In this document: one piece after another, positions 1 to 11,300 of the stretch
Position numbering within the stretch: the first letter of the stretch is position 1
How the letters are laid out: every line of letters begins with the position of its first letter
Assembly: GCF_018350175.1 (NCBI RefSeq)
Contig: NC_058370.1
Span: 118,482,001 to 118,546,000, forward strand
Direction: 5' to 3'
Length of the DNA stretch: 64,000 bases
DNA from: Felis catus
Lineage: Eukaryota
Program-made: the position numbers and the translations under genes
Notes under the pieces: model-generated
Told to the model about the DNA's origin: nothing
The model's database searches: none
What the model saw: only the letters and a program-made list of their open reading frames with translations

Positions 1-3000
1 GGAGCTGGGACAGGCGAGGAACCAGGGTCCCAGGGCCTCAATGGGGAAGCCGGACCTGAGGACCCATCTAGGGAAACTTCTTCAGAGGAAAATGGCCCCA
101 CAGCCAAGGCCCACACAGGCCTTTCCTCCAACTCAGAACGTGGGACTGAGGCAGGCCAAGGTGNNNNNNNNNNNNNNNNNNNNNNNNNNNNNNNNNNNNN
201 NNNNNNNNNNNNNNNNNNNNNNNNNNNNNNNNNNNNNNNNNNNNNNNNNNNNNNNNNNNNNNNNNNNNNNNNNNNNNNNNNNNNNNNNNNNNNNNNNNNN
301 NNNNNNNNNNNNNNNNNNNNNNNNNNNCAGATACTGAATTTGCAGAAAAGGCCTGTTTGGTTACCATACATAGCTTTCAACTCCTTTCCTTCTCTCTCTC
401 TCTCTGTTTTTTTTTTAAGTAATTGCTACACCCACCGTGGGGCTTAAACTCACAACCCCAAGATCAAGAGTTGCATGCTCTACTAAGCTTGGTGCCCACC
501 ATCTTCTCCTATTTTTACAGCAACCCCCAAGGCCTGTATTCCAGGTTTTTCTTGAATTCATTATCTCCACCAACATAGGAACCATTAGCCCTCTAACTTC
601 TTCCTTTGTTGATACTATAACATACAGATCTAGTTCTAGCTTTTCAGAGTCTGTCTTTTATTATATTATTTTTTTTTTTATGTTTATTTTTGAGAGAGAG
701 AGAGAGAGAGAGAGACAGATATAGTGTGAGCAGGGGAAGGGTGGAGAGAGAGGGAGACACAGAATCTGAAGCAGGCTCCAGGCTCTGAGCTGTCAGCACA
801 GAGCTCAGTGCAAGGCTCAAACTCACGAACCGTGAGATCATGACCTGAGCTGAAGTCGGATGCTTAACCGACTGAGCCACCCCAGGCGCCCCAGAGTCTG
901 TCTCCAAGAGAGAACAGGAAGGTAGGGATTGTTACTTTAGATATTTGGATATATCCTTCTCTGAGCCACTTATTTTCTGGCCATGTTGCCTGAAAGGTGC
1001 TTTTGGCTGAGAGCCCTGGCCTTTTGCAGGACTTACTATTCGTGACTTCCGAACCCAGTTTAGGATATCAGTTATACCCATCTGGCCCTCTCCCCTCCCC
1101 TGGATTTTTCTATCATGATCATATAGTTGCATCTTTCATTTTTCTCAGAATCCGTGTTCAGGCCGGGCTCTTGGTTCTGAGTACAAGTTGGGGGGAGGGG
1201 GGCAGGGGGTCATCCCAGTCTCAGCAGCCTGGGATCATCCCTCTGGCAGGAATGCAGTGAGGAAGAGGATGGCTACAGCAGTGAAGAAGCAGAGAATGAG
1301 GAAGATGAGGATGACACTGAGGAGGCTGAAGAAGACGAGGAAGAAGAGGAGATGATGGTGCCTGGCATGGAAGGCAAAGAGGAGGTGTGTAGGGAAGGGG
1401 AGCAATGAGTCTGGAAAAGCCAAGAGGCAAATGTAATTCCCCTGATTGTTATTTGGTGACGGGGGATCTCCTTGCTGCCTTAGTACTGAAGTCCTGGTGA
1501 TGCAGGGATTTATGCTACAAGTGGAACTAGGTCTTCAGGGTAAAATTAGCTCAGAAAAGAAAGAGCATGCTCTAGTCTTTGGAAAGATTATAAGTTCATG
1601 CCTCTCCTGTTTGTTAACGCTCTCTTGGTGGTCCCAGTGAGAGAAGAAAGCATAAGTGAATGGTTGGGGAGCACCAATGAGGAGCTTGTGTCCAGAAGCT
1701 CCCATGATGCTTCCTTTCTTCCTCTTAAGCCTGGCTCTGACAGCGGCACAACAGCGGTGGTGGCCCTGATACGAGGGAAGCAGTTGATTGTAGCCAATGC
1801 GGGAGACTCTCGTTGTGTGGTGTCTGAGGCTGGCAAAGCTTTAGACATGTCCTATGACCACAAACCAGAGGATGAAGTGGAGCTAGCACGCATCAAGAAT
1901 GCTGGTGGCAAGGTCACCATGGATGGGCGAGTCAACGGGGGCCTCAACCTCTCCAGAGCCATTGGTAAGGGCCAGGAAAGCATGGGAAAGACTTCTGGGG
2001 TCTTACTCTCTCTTTCAGACTACCTAGTAGCAAACTTTAATCTTAATAGGCCCATGTACCTTGCCAAGTACTTTGGTATCTATTATTACCTCTGTCCTTA
2101 AAACATCTCCGTGAGATAGGAAAGATAGCTGTCATTTTTGGATGATGAAAAAGGTGAGTGGCCTACCTAAGGTTTAGCAACCTGAAAATAGGGCTGCAAC
2201 TAGAAAAACTGGAACACAGTTTTTCGTTCACTTAGATTATGGAACTTTGCCAAGAAGGGAAATGAATGGCAAGGCTTGACCAGCCCTAAGCACAGGTCTG
2301 TGGGGAGTGCCTAAATTACTCATCAACCAGCCGTTCCTTTACTTCAGGAGACCACTTCTACAAGAGAAATAAGAACTTGCCACCTGAGGAACAGATGATT
2401 TCAGCCCTTCCTGACATCAAGGTGCTGACTCTCACTGACGACCACGAATTCATGGTCATTGCCTGTGATGGCATATGGTGAGCACCAGCGGAATGCCCTA
2501 AAATTCCCTCTTTTATGCAGCATTACTTCTCTTACAGGTCTCTGAGCTGGTTTGGTTTTATCATCCCTCTAATGGCTGCATTCAGCACCTTTTCTCAAGC
2601 TGCTCTAGAATTAGAGTCTAGGCAGACACCTCGGTGTCAAAACCCCCAAGCCTAAGGCAGAGCTAAGGATATCTTTGTAGGTATTTGCATTGGCCCTGGG
2701 GGGCTATCACCTCTCTCTACACTCCTCTGTTCTGCTTTGTTGGGACTAAAGAAGAGTATTGTTTTTGACCCCAGGAATGTGATGAGCAGCCAGGAAGTTA
2801 TAGACTTTATTCAATCAAAGATCAGTCAGCGTGATGAAAATGGGGAGCTTCGGTTATTGTCATCCATTGTGGAAGAGGTGAGTGCCAGGGTGGAGGAGAA
2901 GAGGGTGTCTGGTCTGCATAGCCAAGGTTTTGTCTTTGGACCAGAGCTAAGACCAGAGCTGGGAAGTATCCTTAATTACCGACTGATGCCAAACCCTGAC

Positions 3001-3405
3001 TAGAAAGTTCCACCTTCCTTCATTTTCCTAACATATCCTCATGCCTCTTACGCTAGCAAGTGGCTTGTTTTGGGACATCTGTTGCCTGTTCCCCTCCTTC
3101 TGCCACCCTGTCTCAGCACAGTCAGCCCTCTTGTGGGGGCTTAGGTTCCTAGGAGGGTATTCAAACCCTGAAGCTGAGCTGCCCTGTCCCTTTTGTAGCT
3201 GCTGGATCAGTGCCTGGCACCAGATACTTCTGGGGACGGTACAGGGTGTGACAACATGACCTGCATCATCATTTGCTTCAAGCCCCGAAACACAGCAGAA
3301 CTTCAGCCAGAGAGTGGCAAGCGGAAACTGGAGGAGGTGCTCTCTTCTGAGGGGGCTGAAGAAAATGGCAACAGTGACAATAAGAAGAAAGCCAAGCGGG
3401 ACTAA
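1..3405 (+). CDS. PPM1G: Protein phosphatase 1G (PP2C-gamma), 3' portion; gene starts upstream of the window
   Basis: Coding exons: <1-(into N gap 164-327), 1250-1384, 1730-1964, 2348-2477, 2775-2877, 3199-3405 (TAA). All are GT-AG and phase-consistent. They encode the acidic insert ([22 protein letters not shown]), PP2C motifs ([34 protein letters not shown]) and a basic tail KKKAKRD. Confidence 0.98.
407..497 (-). mobile_element. Short Can-SINE
   Basis: T-tail followed by the aagtaat..ggggcttaaactcacaacc..agatcaagagt pattern of short carnivore SINEs. Confidence 0.65.
657..892 (-). mobile_element. Full-length Can-SINE with target-site duplication
   Basis: tRNA-derived head, (GA)n tract and T-tail. 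TSD AGAGTCTGTCT at 646-656 and 893-903. Confidence 0.92.
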
Positions 3406-3971
3406 CGGTTGTCCAGACCCCTGCCCACCTAGACTGTTTTCTGAGCCCTCTGGACCTGAGACTGAGTTTTGTCTTTTTTCCTTTAGCCTTAGCAGTGGTT
3501 ATGAGGTGTGCAGGGGGAGCTGGGTGGCTTTACTCAGCCCATTCCAAAGAGGGCTCTCCCTCCACACAGCAGCCTGGGAGCCTCTGCTGTCTTCCCTGGC
3601 CTTCTCCTNNNNNNNNNNNNNNNNNNNNNNNNNNNNNNNNNNNNNNNNNNNNNNNNNNNNNNNNNNNNNNNNNNNNNNNNNNNNNNNNNNNNNNNNNNNN
3701 NNNNNNNNNNNNNNNNNNNNNNNNNNNNNNNNNNNNNNNNNNNNNNNNNNNNNNNNNNNNNNNNNNNNNNNNNNNNNNNNNNNNNNNNNNNNNNNNNNNN
3801 NNNNNNNNNNNNNNNNNNNGGTGTCCTTTTTTCAATACTGCTGTAATGTCCGGCCCACCCAGAGTTCCCTGGCCCCAGACTCGACCTCATTGATGGCTCT
3901 ACCAAGCCCCTCTGCGTATTCGTGTGCGTGCGTGTGTGTGCGCGCGCCCTCCACAGTGCATGTGCCCCACG

Positions 3972-3974
<3 letters not shown>

Positions 3975-4012
<38 letters not shown>
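3975..4012. repeat. (GT)n microsatellite, about 19 units
   Basis: Perfect GT run, with further alternating purine-pyrimidine sequence at about 3920-3947. Confidence 0.95.
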
Positions 4013-4014
<2 letters not shown>

Positions 4015-4249
4015 GTGTGTCTGTCCGTCCCAAGAATATGGGGCAGAGGGGGCCCAGGTATTGCAACTCCCTGAGCTGCTGGCAGGCTGGCGTAGCGTCA
4101 TGGCTCATCCTCACCCCCTCCTGGTGTCAGGAATAGTTTACTAGCTACTGCAGGGGGTGGTTAGGATAAGCCAGGCGGCAACTAAGACTGAAAGCAAGGC
4201 CGAGGCTTCTCCTGCCCTCCTCACCGGCCTGCTTTCTATCTGATCTGTG

Positions 4250-4375
4250 ATTGGCTCGGCCGGTTTCTTTCGTCACAATCACTTCCTGGTCACGCTGTGG
4301 ACGTTTTCGCCGCTTCTGCTTTCCACGGACTACGCGTCCCGTGTGACTCTGCGGCAGCGGAAGCGGAAGCGAGGA
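4250..4375 (+). promoter_or_regulatory. ZNF513 CpG promoter
   Basis: Reverse CCAAT at 4250-4254, ETS ACTTCCTG near 4281, tandem CGGAAG near 4358-4370, and a degenerate GACTAC..TCCC near 4328-4340. Confidence 0.6.
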
Positions 4376-4559
4376 CGGAGGTACCAGCTGGTCTCCGTAG
4401 GGGGGGGGGGGGTAGGGGGCTCCATGAATGGACGCGGCGGCGGCGGCGGGAGCGGCCTGAGCTGGGCGCCGGGGCCAGGGCCGGGGGCTGCCCGGGGCCC
4501 GCGCCGCTGCATGGGGGCGGCCCGCGGGCCCTGAAAGGAAGGGCGGGCGGGCCGGACTG

Positions 4560-7500
4560 NNNNNNNNNNNNNNNNNNNNNNNNNNNNNNNNNNNNNNNNN
4601 NNNNNNNNNNNNNNNNNNNNNNNNNNNNNNNNNNNNNNNNNNNNNNNNNNNNNNNNNNNNNNNNNNNNNNNNNNNNNNNNNNNNNNNNNNNNNNNNNNNG
4701 GAGGAACGGGGGTGGGGTCAGTGGAGTGGGTTCAGGTCGGGGTAGAGGGGGACTCCTGAGGGATGGGGTGGGCGATCTGGACTCCTAGCTTCTACTAAGA
4801 GAACCCGAGAGGGTCTGAGAGTACGGGAAGTACGGGCTGCCAGGGCTAGCTCCCGGGGTGCGGATGATGGGCACGGTTCCTGANNNNNNNNNNNNNNNNN
4901 NNNNNNNNNNNNNNNNNNNNNNNNNNNNNNNNNNNNNNNNNNNNNNNNNNNNNNNNNNNNNNNNNNNNNNNNNNNNNNNNNNNNNNNNNNNNNNNNNNNN
5001 NNNNNNNNNNNNNNNNNNNNNNNNNNNNNNNNNNNNNNNNNNNGACCAGCTCATGGGCTTCGAGAGAGACTCTGAAGGTGGGTTTGAGGGACTTGATTAA
5101 AGATTAGTGACCGCTGGAACCTCGGCCCTTCAGGATCCAGGTTAGGATTTAGTGCCAGTGAGCTAAACTCGAAACAGTGCCACAACCCAGGGATGATTTA
5201 GTTTAGATTTGAGCTGGATTTCATTTGCCCAGTTGTTCTATGAGCTCCATCACTTTGTTGAGGTGAAGTTTTGGGGCCTGGTCCAAAGGCGGCATGAATA
5301 GCACAGTGGATGACAGAGCAACTGGTTAAAGTTAATGCCCTTTTAATAACCTTGTCCTTCTGCCTAGCACATTCCTTATGTGAAGTTCACTTGAAAAGGT
5401 TCAGCAAAACAACTTATTTCAAATTAAGTTATGTCTAATCTAACTCCTTTCACCTGCAGCATAAACGTTTTGTATTGAGGTTTGGGTCTCTATCCTCAAG
5501 TATTCTTGCACATTCCTTTCCCCTGTGATGTTAACATCACTCCACCCTAATTTGCTGCACCACTTACCCACTTAATGCTACCTATACTAAGGATGTTTCT
5601 GAACGTCATTGAGGGGAATCCGTGTAAAAAATAATTCATCCTTTAGGGACATTATTTTGTTTTCACTTCTCTCCAGATTTTGCTTCACTCTTGAGTTTTT
5701 ATTTTATAATCAGCTCTGTACTAAAAAGGACCTTACTAAAACAGAGCTTAGAATAAGATGTCAGGCCTCTGCCTTGTGTACTCTTACTTTTTTTTTTATC
5801 CCAAGAATCACCTAATTACATTCTTCATTTCAGTCTGTGGTCCACTGTGAGCCTTTGATCCTTTTCCATGCAGTGGAATTAGGTACAGCTGTCATCACTA
5901 GGTTAGTCCAGGCTCAGAAGCAGATCATTCACATTGAATTTTCAGGATCACTGAAGTGAAGAGTGGGGCCAAACAAGTGGGGAGACACCAGTGAGAAAGC
6001 AAGTTTGGAGCCTGATTGTACTCCATGTTGATGTTTCTTCTCATGTTTGTCTTACCAGGAGACTCTCTGGGGGCCAGGCCTGGGCTTCCCTATGGGCTGA
6101 GCGATGACGAGTCTGGGGGCGGCCGGCCNNNNNNNNNNNNNNNNNNNNNNNNNNNNNNNNNNNNNNNNNNNNNNNNNNNNNNNNNNNNNNNNNNNNNNNN
6201 NNNNNNNNNNNNNNNNNNNNNNNNNNNNNNNNNNNNNNNNNNNNNNNNNNNNNNNNNNNNNNNNNNNNNNNNNNNNNNNNNNNNACGGCTATTATACTCA
6301 TGCCNNNNNNNNNNNNNNNNNNNNNNNNNNNNNNNNNNNNNNNNNNNNNNNNNNNNNNNNNNNNNNNNNNNNNNNNNNNNNNNNNNNNNNNNNNNNNNNN
6401 NNNNNNNNNNNNNNNNNNNNNNNNNNNNNNNNNNNNNNNNNNNNNNNNNNNNNNNNNNNNNNNNNNNNNNNNNNNNNNNNNNNNNNNNNNNNNNNNNNNN
6501 NNNNNNNNNNNNNNNNNNNNNNNNNNNNNNNNNNNNNNNNNNNNNNNNNNNNNNNNNNNNNNNNNNNNNNNNNNNNNNNNNNNNNNNNCCAACCCGGCCT
6601 CCCAGTCCCACAGAGCAGGAGGGGGCAGTGCCCCGGCGACCTGAAGGTAAAAAGCCAGAGACCAAAAGAACCTGGGACATGGGTGGGTGGCTTTAGGGAT
6701 ACTTGGTTGGATTCATACACCAGGCCTCATTGTCCCCACAGATGCTCTGCTGCTTCCAGATTTGAGCCTCCATGTGCCACCAGGTGGTGCCAGTTTCCTG
6801 CCAGACTGTGGGCAGCTGCGGGGTGAAGGAGAGGGTCTTTGTGGGACTGGATCAGAACCACTGCCAGAGCTGCTGTTCCCTTGGACCTGCCGGAACTGTG
6901 GACGAGAGCTGGAGGAGGGGNNNNNNNNNNNNNNNNNNNNNNNNNNNNNNNNNNNNNNNNNNNNNNNNNNNNNNNNNNNNNNNNNNNNNNNNNNNNNNNN
7001 NNNNNNNNNNNNNNNNNNNNNNNNNNNNNNNNNNNNNNNNNNNNNNNNNNNNNNNNNNNNCCACCTGGCCCGGCATATGAAGACGCACAGTGGCGAGAAG
7101 CCCTTTCGCTGTGCCCGCTGTCCCTATGCCTCTGCTCATCTGGATAATCTGAAACGGCACCAGCGCGTCCACACGGGAGAGAAGCCCTACAAGTGCCCCC
7201 TCTGCCCTTATGCCTGTGGCAACCTGGCCAACCTCAAGCGTCACGGTCGCATCCACTCTGGGGACAAACCTTTTCGGTGTAGCCTTTGCAACTACAGCTG
7301 CAATCAGAGCATGAACCTCAAACGCCACATGCTGCGGCACACAGGCGAGAAGCCCTTCCGCTGTGCCACCTGCGCCTACACCACAGGCCACTGGGACAAC
7401 TACAAACGCCACCAGAAGGTGCATGGCCATGGTGGGGCAGGAGGGCCTGGCCTCTCTGCCTCCGAGGGCTGGGCCCCACCACACAGCCCCTCCTCTGTGT

Positions 7501-7568
7501 TGAGCCCTCGGGGTCCGACAGCTTTGAGTGCCGCTGGTAGCCGGGCTCTCCATACAGACTCACCCTGA
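4560..7568 (+). CDS. ZNF513: C2H2 zinc finger protein 513; start codon hidden in N gap 4560-4699
   Basis: Exon 2 ends at 5077 (DQLMGFERDSE|G). Exon 3 is 6059-6646 (GDSLGARPGLPYGLSDDESGGG..RLLYSC..PSPTEQEGAVPRRPE). Exon 4 is 6742-7568, with tandem C2H2 fingers and TGEKP linkers, ending HTDSP*. The start coordinate is approximate. Confidence 0.96.
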
Positions 7569-7891
7569 ACCAGGTCCTTCTCCCTCAGGGCCCTACGGAT
7601 TAGCCCTGACTGTCCTGTACGTTTTATACAGATGGACCAGAAGCCACCTTCTACTTCCTCCCCCGCTGGCCAGGGGCTCCACAGACTAACCTAGGCGCTA
7701 TATGGACCAGCCCAAACCCTGTGGGCGGGGGGCCCATATGGACCAGGGGGCCTTGCCTTGACTGATGCACTTCATGAGCTCAGTGAGAAGGGCCCCGTAT
7801 TTACCTCCACTGCTCCCAGGGGCAGTAGAGGAACTGGCTGGGGGACTGCCCAGCCTCCCACCTGTTTATTTAACTTATTTCAGTGCTTTAT

Positions 7892-7897
7892 AATAAA
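7892..7897 (+). terminator. ZNF513 polyadenylation signal
   Basis: AATAAA about 320 nt after the stop codon. Confidence 0.75.
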
Positions 7898-8038
7898 GGA
7901 AACACTAACAAAGCCATGTCTATGCTGAGTTGGCAGTGGCAAGCACAGCTCCGCCTCACCCTTAGCACAGCAGTCTGTGCTGTGATGGGGGAGCAGGGGC
8001 AGTGAAGGGAAACAGAGGTAGGCAGCAATCAGGCTGAG

Positions 8039-8044
8039 TTTAAT
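8039..8044 (-). terminator. SNX17 candidate proximal poly(A) signal (ATTAAA)
   Basis: TTTAAT on the + strand. An alternative AATAAA lies on the minus strand at 7865-7870. Confidence 0.5.
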
Positions 8045-8391
8045 GATGGGGAGCTGGGCCAGATGATACACAGACCTCTGCCCATCCCCTTGGCCCATGG
8101 CCCCGAGAAGCCAGAAGCAGCCCCAGGGGAAGATGTAGTTCTTCCCCAAGGCAGGTAGCCATGGTCCCTTGGACTTTGTGCAAAATACTAAATGCTAATT
8201 TGGCATTAAGGGCCGGCTTTGAAAAGAGAGAACAATCCTTTGTGCAGCCAGCCCGGGGAGTGGAAAGGAAGGTGGGTTAGGAAGCCCCTGGCCGAGAGAA
8301 GGGAAGGAAGGAAGAGACCCCCTGGCTTGGGGGATACAGGCACAGGGCAAGTTTCTGAACATTCCTCCGGGGCAGAGGGCAGACATCTGAG

Positions 8392-11300
8392 NNNNNNNNN
8401 NNNNNNNNNNNNNNNNNNNNNNNNNNNNNNNNNNNNNNNNNNNNNNNNNNNNNNNNNNNNNNNNNNNNNNNNNNNNNNNNNNNNNNNNNNNNNNNNNNNN
8501 NNNNNNNNNNNNNNNNNNNNNNNAGGCAGGGTTGGCGTCAGAGGGCTCAAGCCTCCCTGAGGTTCCCCTACCAACACCAACCTCACCAACCCTCATGGGA
8601 AACTCACTGAGAGTTTGACCATGGACTCCCGGCTGGCATCAGGTGACTCCTGGGGAAGAGGAGGCAGAGGTGTCAGAGAGCTCACTGGGGAGGTATGGCA
8701 AGGCTAGGAGGTGGGGTACTGATCAGAAAGTAATACTTACAAGCAGGGGTGGGGACTTCACTGCTTGCTGGCTGTCTGAGCGTCTCAGAGTGCCCCCTAC
8801 TCGCCGACGCAGCATCTGGGGATGGAGACGCTGATAAGGGCAGAATCCCTTCGGAATCCCCATCACTTCCCCTCCCTCCCACCTAGGACAAAAGGCAGGG
8901 AGAACACAACCACTCAGCTGCTTGGTCCACACCTCTCGCTTACCTTCCTGATGCTGCCACCAGATTTCTTCACCATCAGTTCATCTACCATAGACTGCAA
9001 GCAGATACTCATCATGATAGCCTGAGGGCAAGAAGAGAGCTCAGCCTGACTAGAGTGGTCATCCTGAGCCCAGCACCCCTAAGACAAGGGCTCCCACTCA
9101 CATGGAGTCCTGGAAGCCCTAGACTTGGGTATTTAAGAGAGCGGTGCAATGGGCTCCAGAGGAGGCATGAGGGTGGGCTCACACCTGGGGGCTGGTGATG
9201 GTGACCCACTGTAGCCGGTCCTTGCTCATGAGGTATTCAAAAGCCAGTTCCAGGCGCACCTCACCCCGGCCCCGGCCTGGGCTGCTTGTGCCTCCACTGG
9301 GCAGTGGCACCTGGGAGAGAAAGGGGAGTTAGGCTGAGATCATTCTGACCAGTCTGCCTCCGTCCTTGACCCACCCATTCCTGAAGCTCAAGGCTTGCCA
9401 GAGCACCATCTCAAAGGCCTACCCCAACTCACAGAGGAGGTGACCCGCCAGCACCGCATGCGGGTGACCCGGAAGGAGCCTTCTCGGAGTTGCTGGCCAG
9501 GCAGGCGGAGCTGGAGGCTAAGCTCACTGTTGCCTGCACTCACTACCACGGGACAGTCCTTCTCTGGGAAGTCAGCCACACAGGCATCGAAGCGCAAGTA
9601 GCCATAGTGCCGCAGTGTCTGAGCCAGCCGCAGGAACTGAAACCCAGTCACCACAGGGGGCAGGTCAGGAAGGGAAGTGGGGTGAGTCAGAAAACAACCC
9701 CCCTTGAAATAAAACAGGGAAGCAGGCTTACCTCCTTCTTGGAGACCTTCTCTTGCAGAGATTTGAGCTGCCGGTGCTGCTCCTTGGTGACCAGAATCCA
9801 CCCACGCTCAATGTCTGATACCGTCTATAGTAGAGACAAGGGGTGGGGGGGTTCGGGGCTCCCAATCAAAGGTCCAAGGAAAGTGTCCCAATTACTTCTG
9901 TCCATCCTGACCCTTAGCAGTGACCTCTTTGCAGTGAGTCCTTGACTATATCAGCTTACAAAATAAGGAGACTAGATTGTGCCAGGTGCCCTGATAGTAT
10001 TCTAAGAACTTCCCTGTGAACTGGGAGTAAAGACACGAAGTTTTCTTGGCAGAATGAGACACCAGTATTCATTTCGGGGGAAGGGTTCTGAGGCAGCTCC
10101 AAGCTCACCTGAGCATAAAGCAGGTTCAGGCCAACCCGGTTCTCCATGACATCGTCGTCATAGGCAGAGTCCCAGTAACTGTGAAGCCAAGGGGTGGAAA
10201 GGGGATAATGGGGCTAAGCTGGGGTAAGGCAAGAGAGGTAGAATAGAAAACAGAAGCAATCTGGAATTTGTGGGCAAATGGTGGTACAGTGGGAGGAAGC
10301 TAGGAAGGCCTGGTAGAAAACACCCAACGCTACTCCCTTGTCCAGGTTATTCTATCTCAGTACATGGCCCAGTAATCTAATCCAGCACCCTTCCCCCTCC
10401 TCCAAACCCAGCCCTGACCTCTTCCTTAGCACAATCTTATACTCTTGACTCCGAAGACTGGTGACAGATACATAAGGCAGCTCAAACTCTTGCAACTTCC
10501 GTACGACTGTGGGTTTAAAAAAAAAAGAAAAAAGAAAGAAAATGCCATGAGACTCAAGGGGAGAAAAGCCAAGAGAGAAACTGTAAGGAAATGTTACATT
10601 CTGGGAGGAATTAGGGGGGCAAATTCACTACTAGATGCACAGGGAAGCAGTCAAGTCCACAGAAACTCACAAGAAAAGGTTCCATCCTCTTTCTCTCGAA
10701 CTAGAAAGAGACTGAAGTATCCGATCAAGTCATCTGGAAGATCCAGCTTTGCAGCCACAGCCTTGGGAGAGGGAAGGAAGTACAGCTCATCATACTGGCT
10801 GGTTCCAATCACCCCGAAACCTGGGACCCTGAGGTGCCGGGGAGGAGGGGCAGCACAAGTGCCTCACCTCTAGGACATCTTCAGTCTGATCTGAAGTTAG
10901 CACATTGACGAGAACTTTCTGCCCGTTGCTGAGCAGCACTTCCAAGGAAACTTCCTCTGTGGGGACCTGCTGTGTCTCCTGGTCGTGAATATACATGAGA
11001 ATGGAGGCACTGCCTTGTTAATACCTGCCCAGTGTCTAGCTCTGACCCATCCTAAACTCTCTACTTCTAGATCCTTCTAGCATCTTTATTCTCAGTTGCT
11101 TAATTACAGGCTGAGTTTCCTTGATTTCATTAGTACAGCAGAAGCCCTACCTCATAAAAAAAGGTGCCTGGATGACTCTTGTAGCCACTGCCTTAAAATG
11201 ACATGGTCCTACAGAAAAGTCCTTCCCTTAAATCTTGGTGGCACCCAGAGCCTCACCTGTTGTGCCCGACGCAGAAAGCTATTGAAGGTCTCACTGCTCC

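Noticed and set aside
1598-1729. N-terminal extension of the PPM1G ORF in the ORF track
   Set aside because: It is intronic sequence upstream of the real acceptor at 1730.
6852-7553. 233-aa antisense ORF over ZNF513 exon 4
   Set aside because: It is a shadow frame of GC-rich zinc-finger codons that spans an N gap, with no independent splice or promoter evidence.
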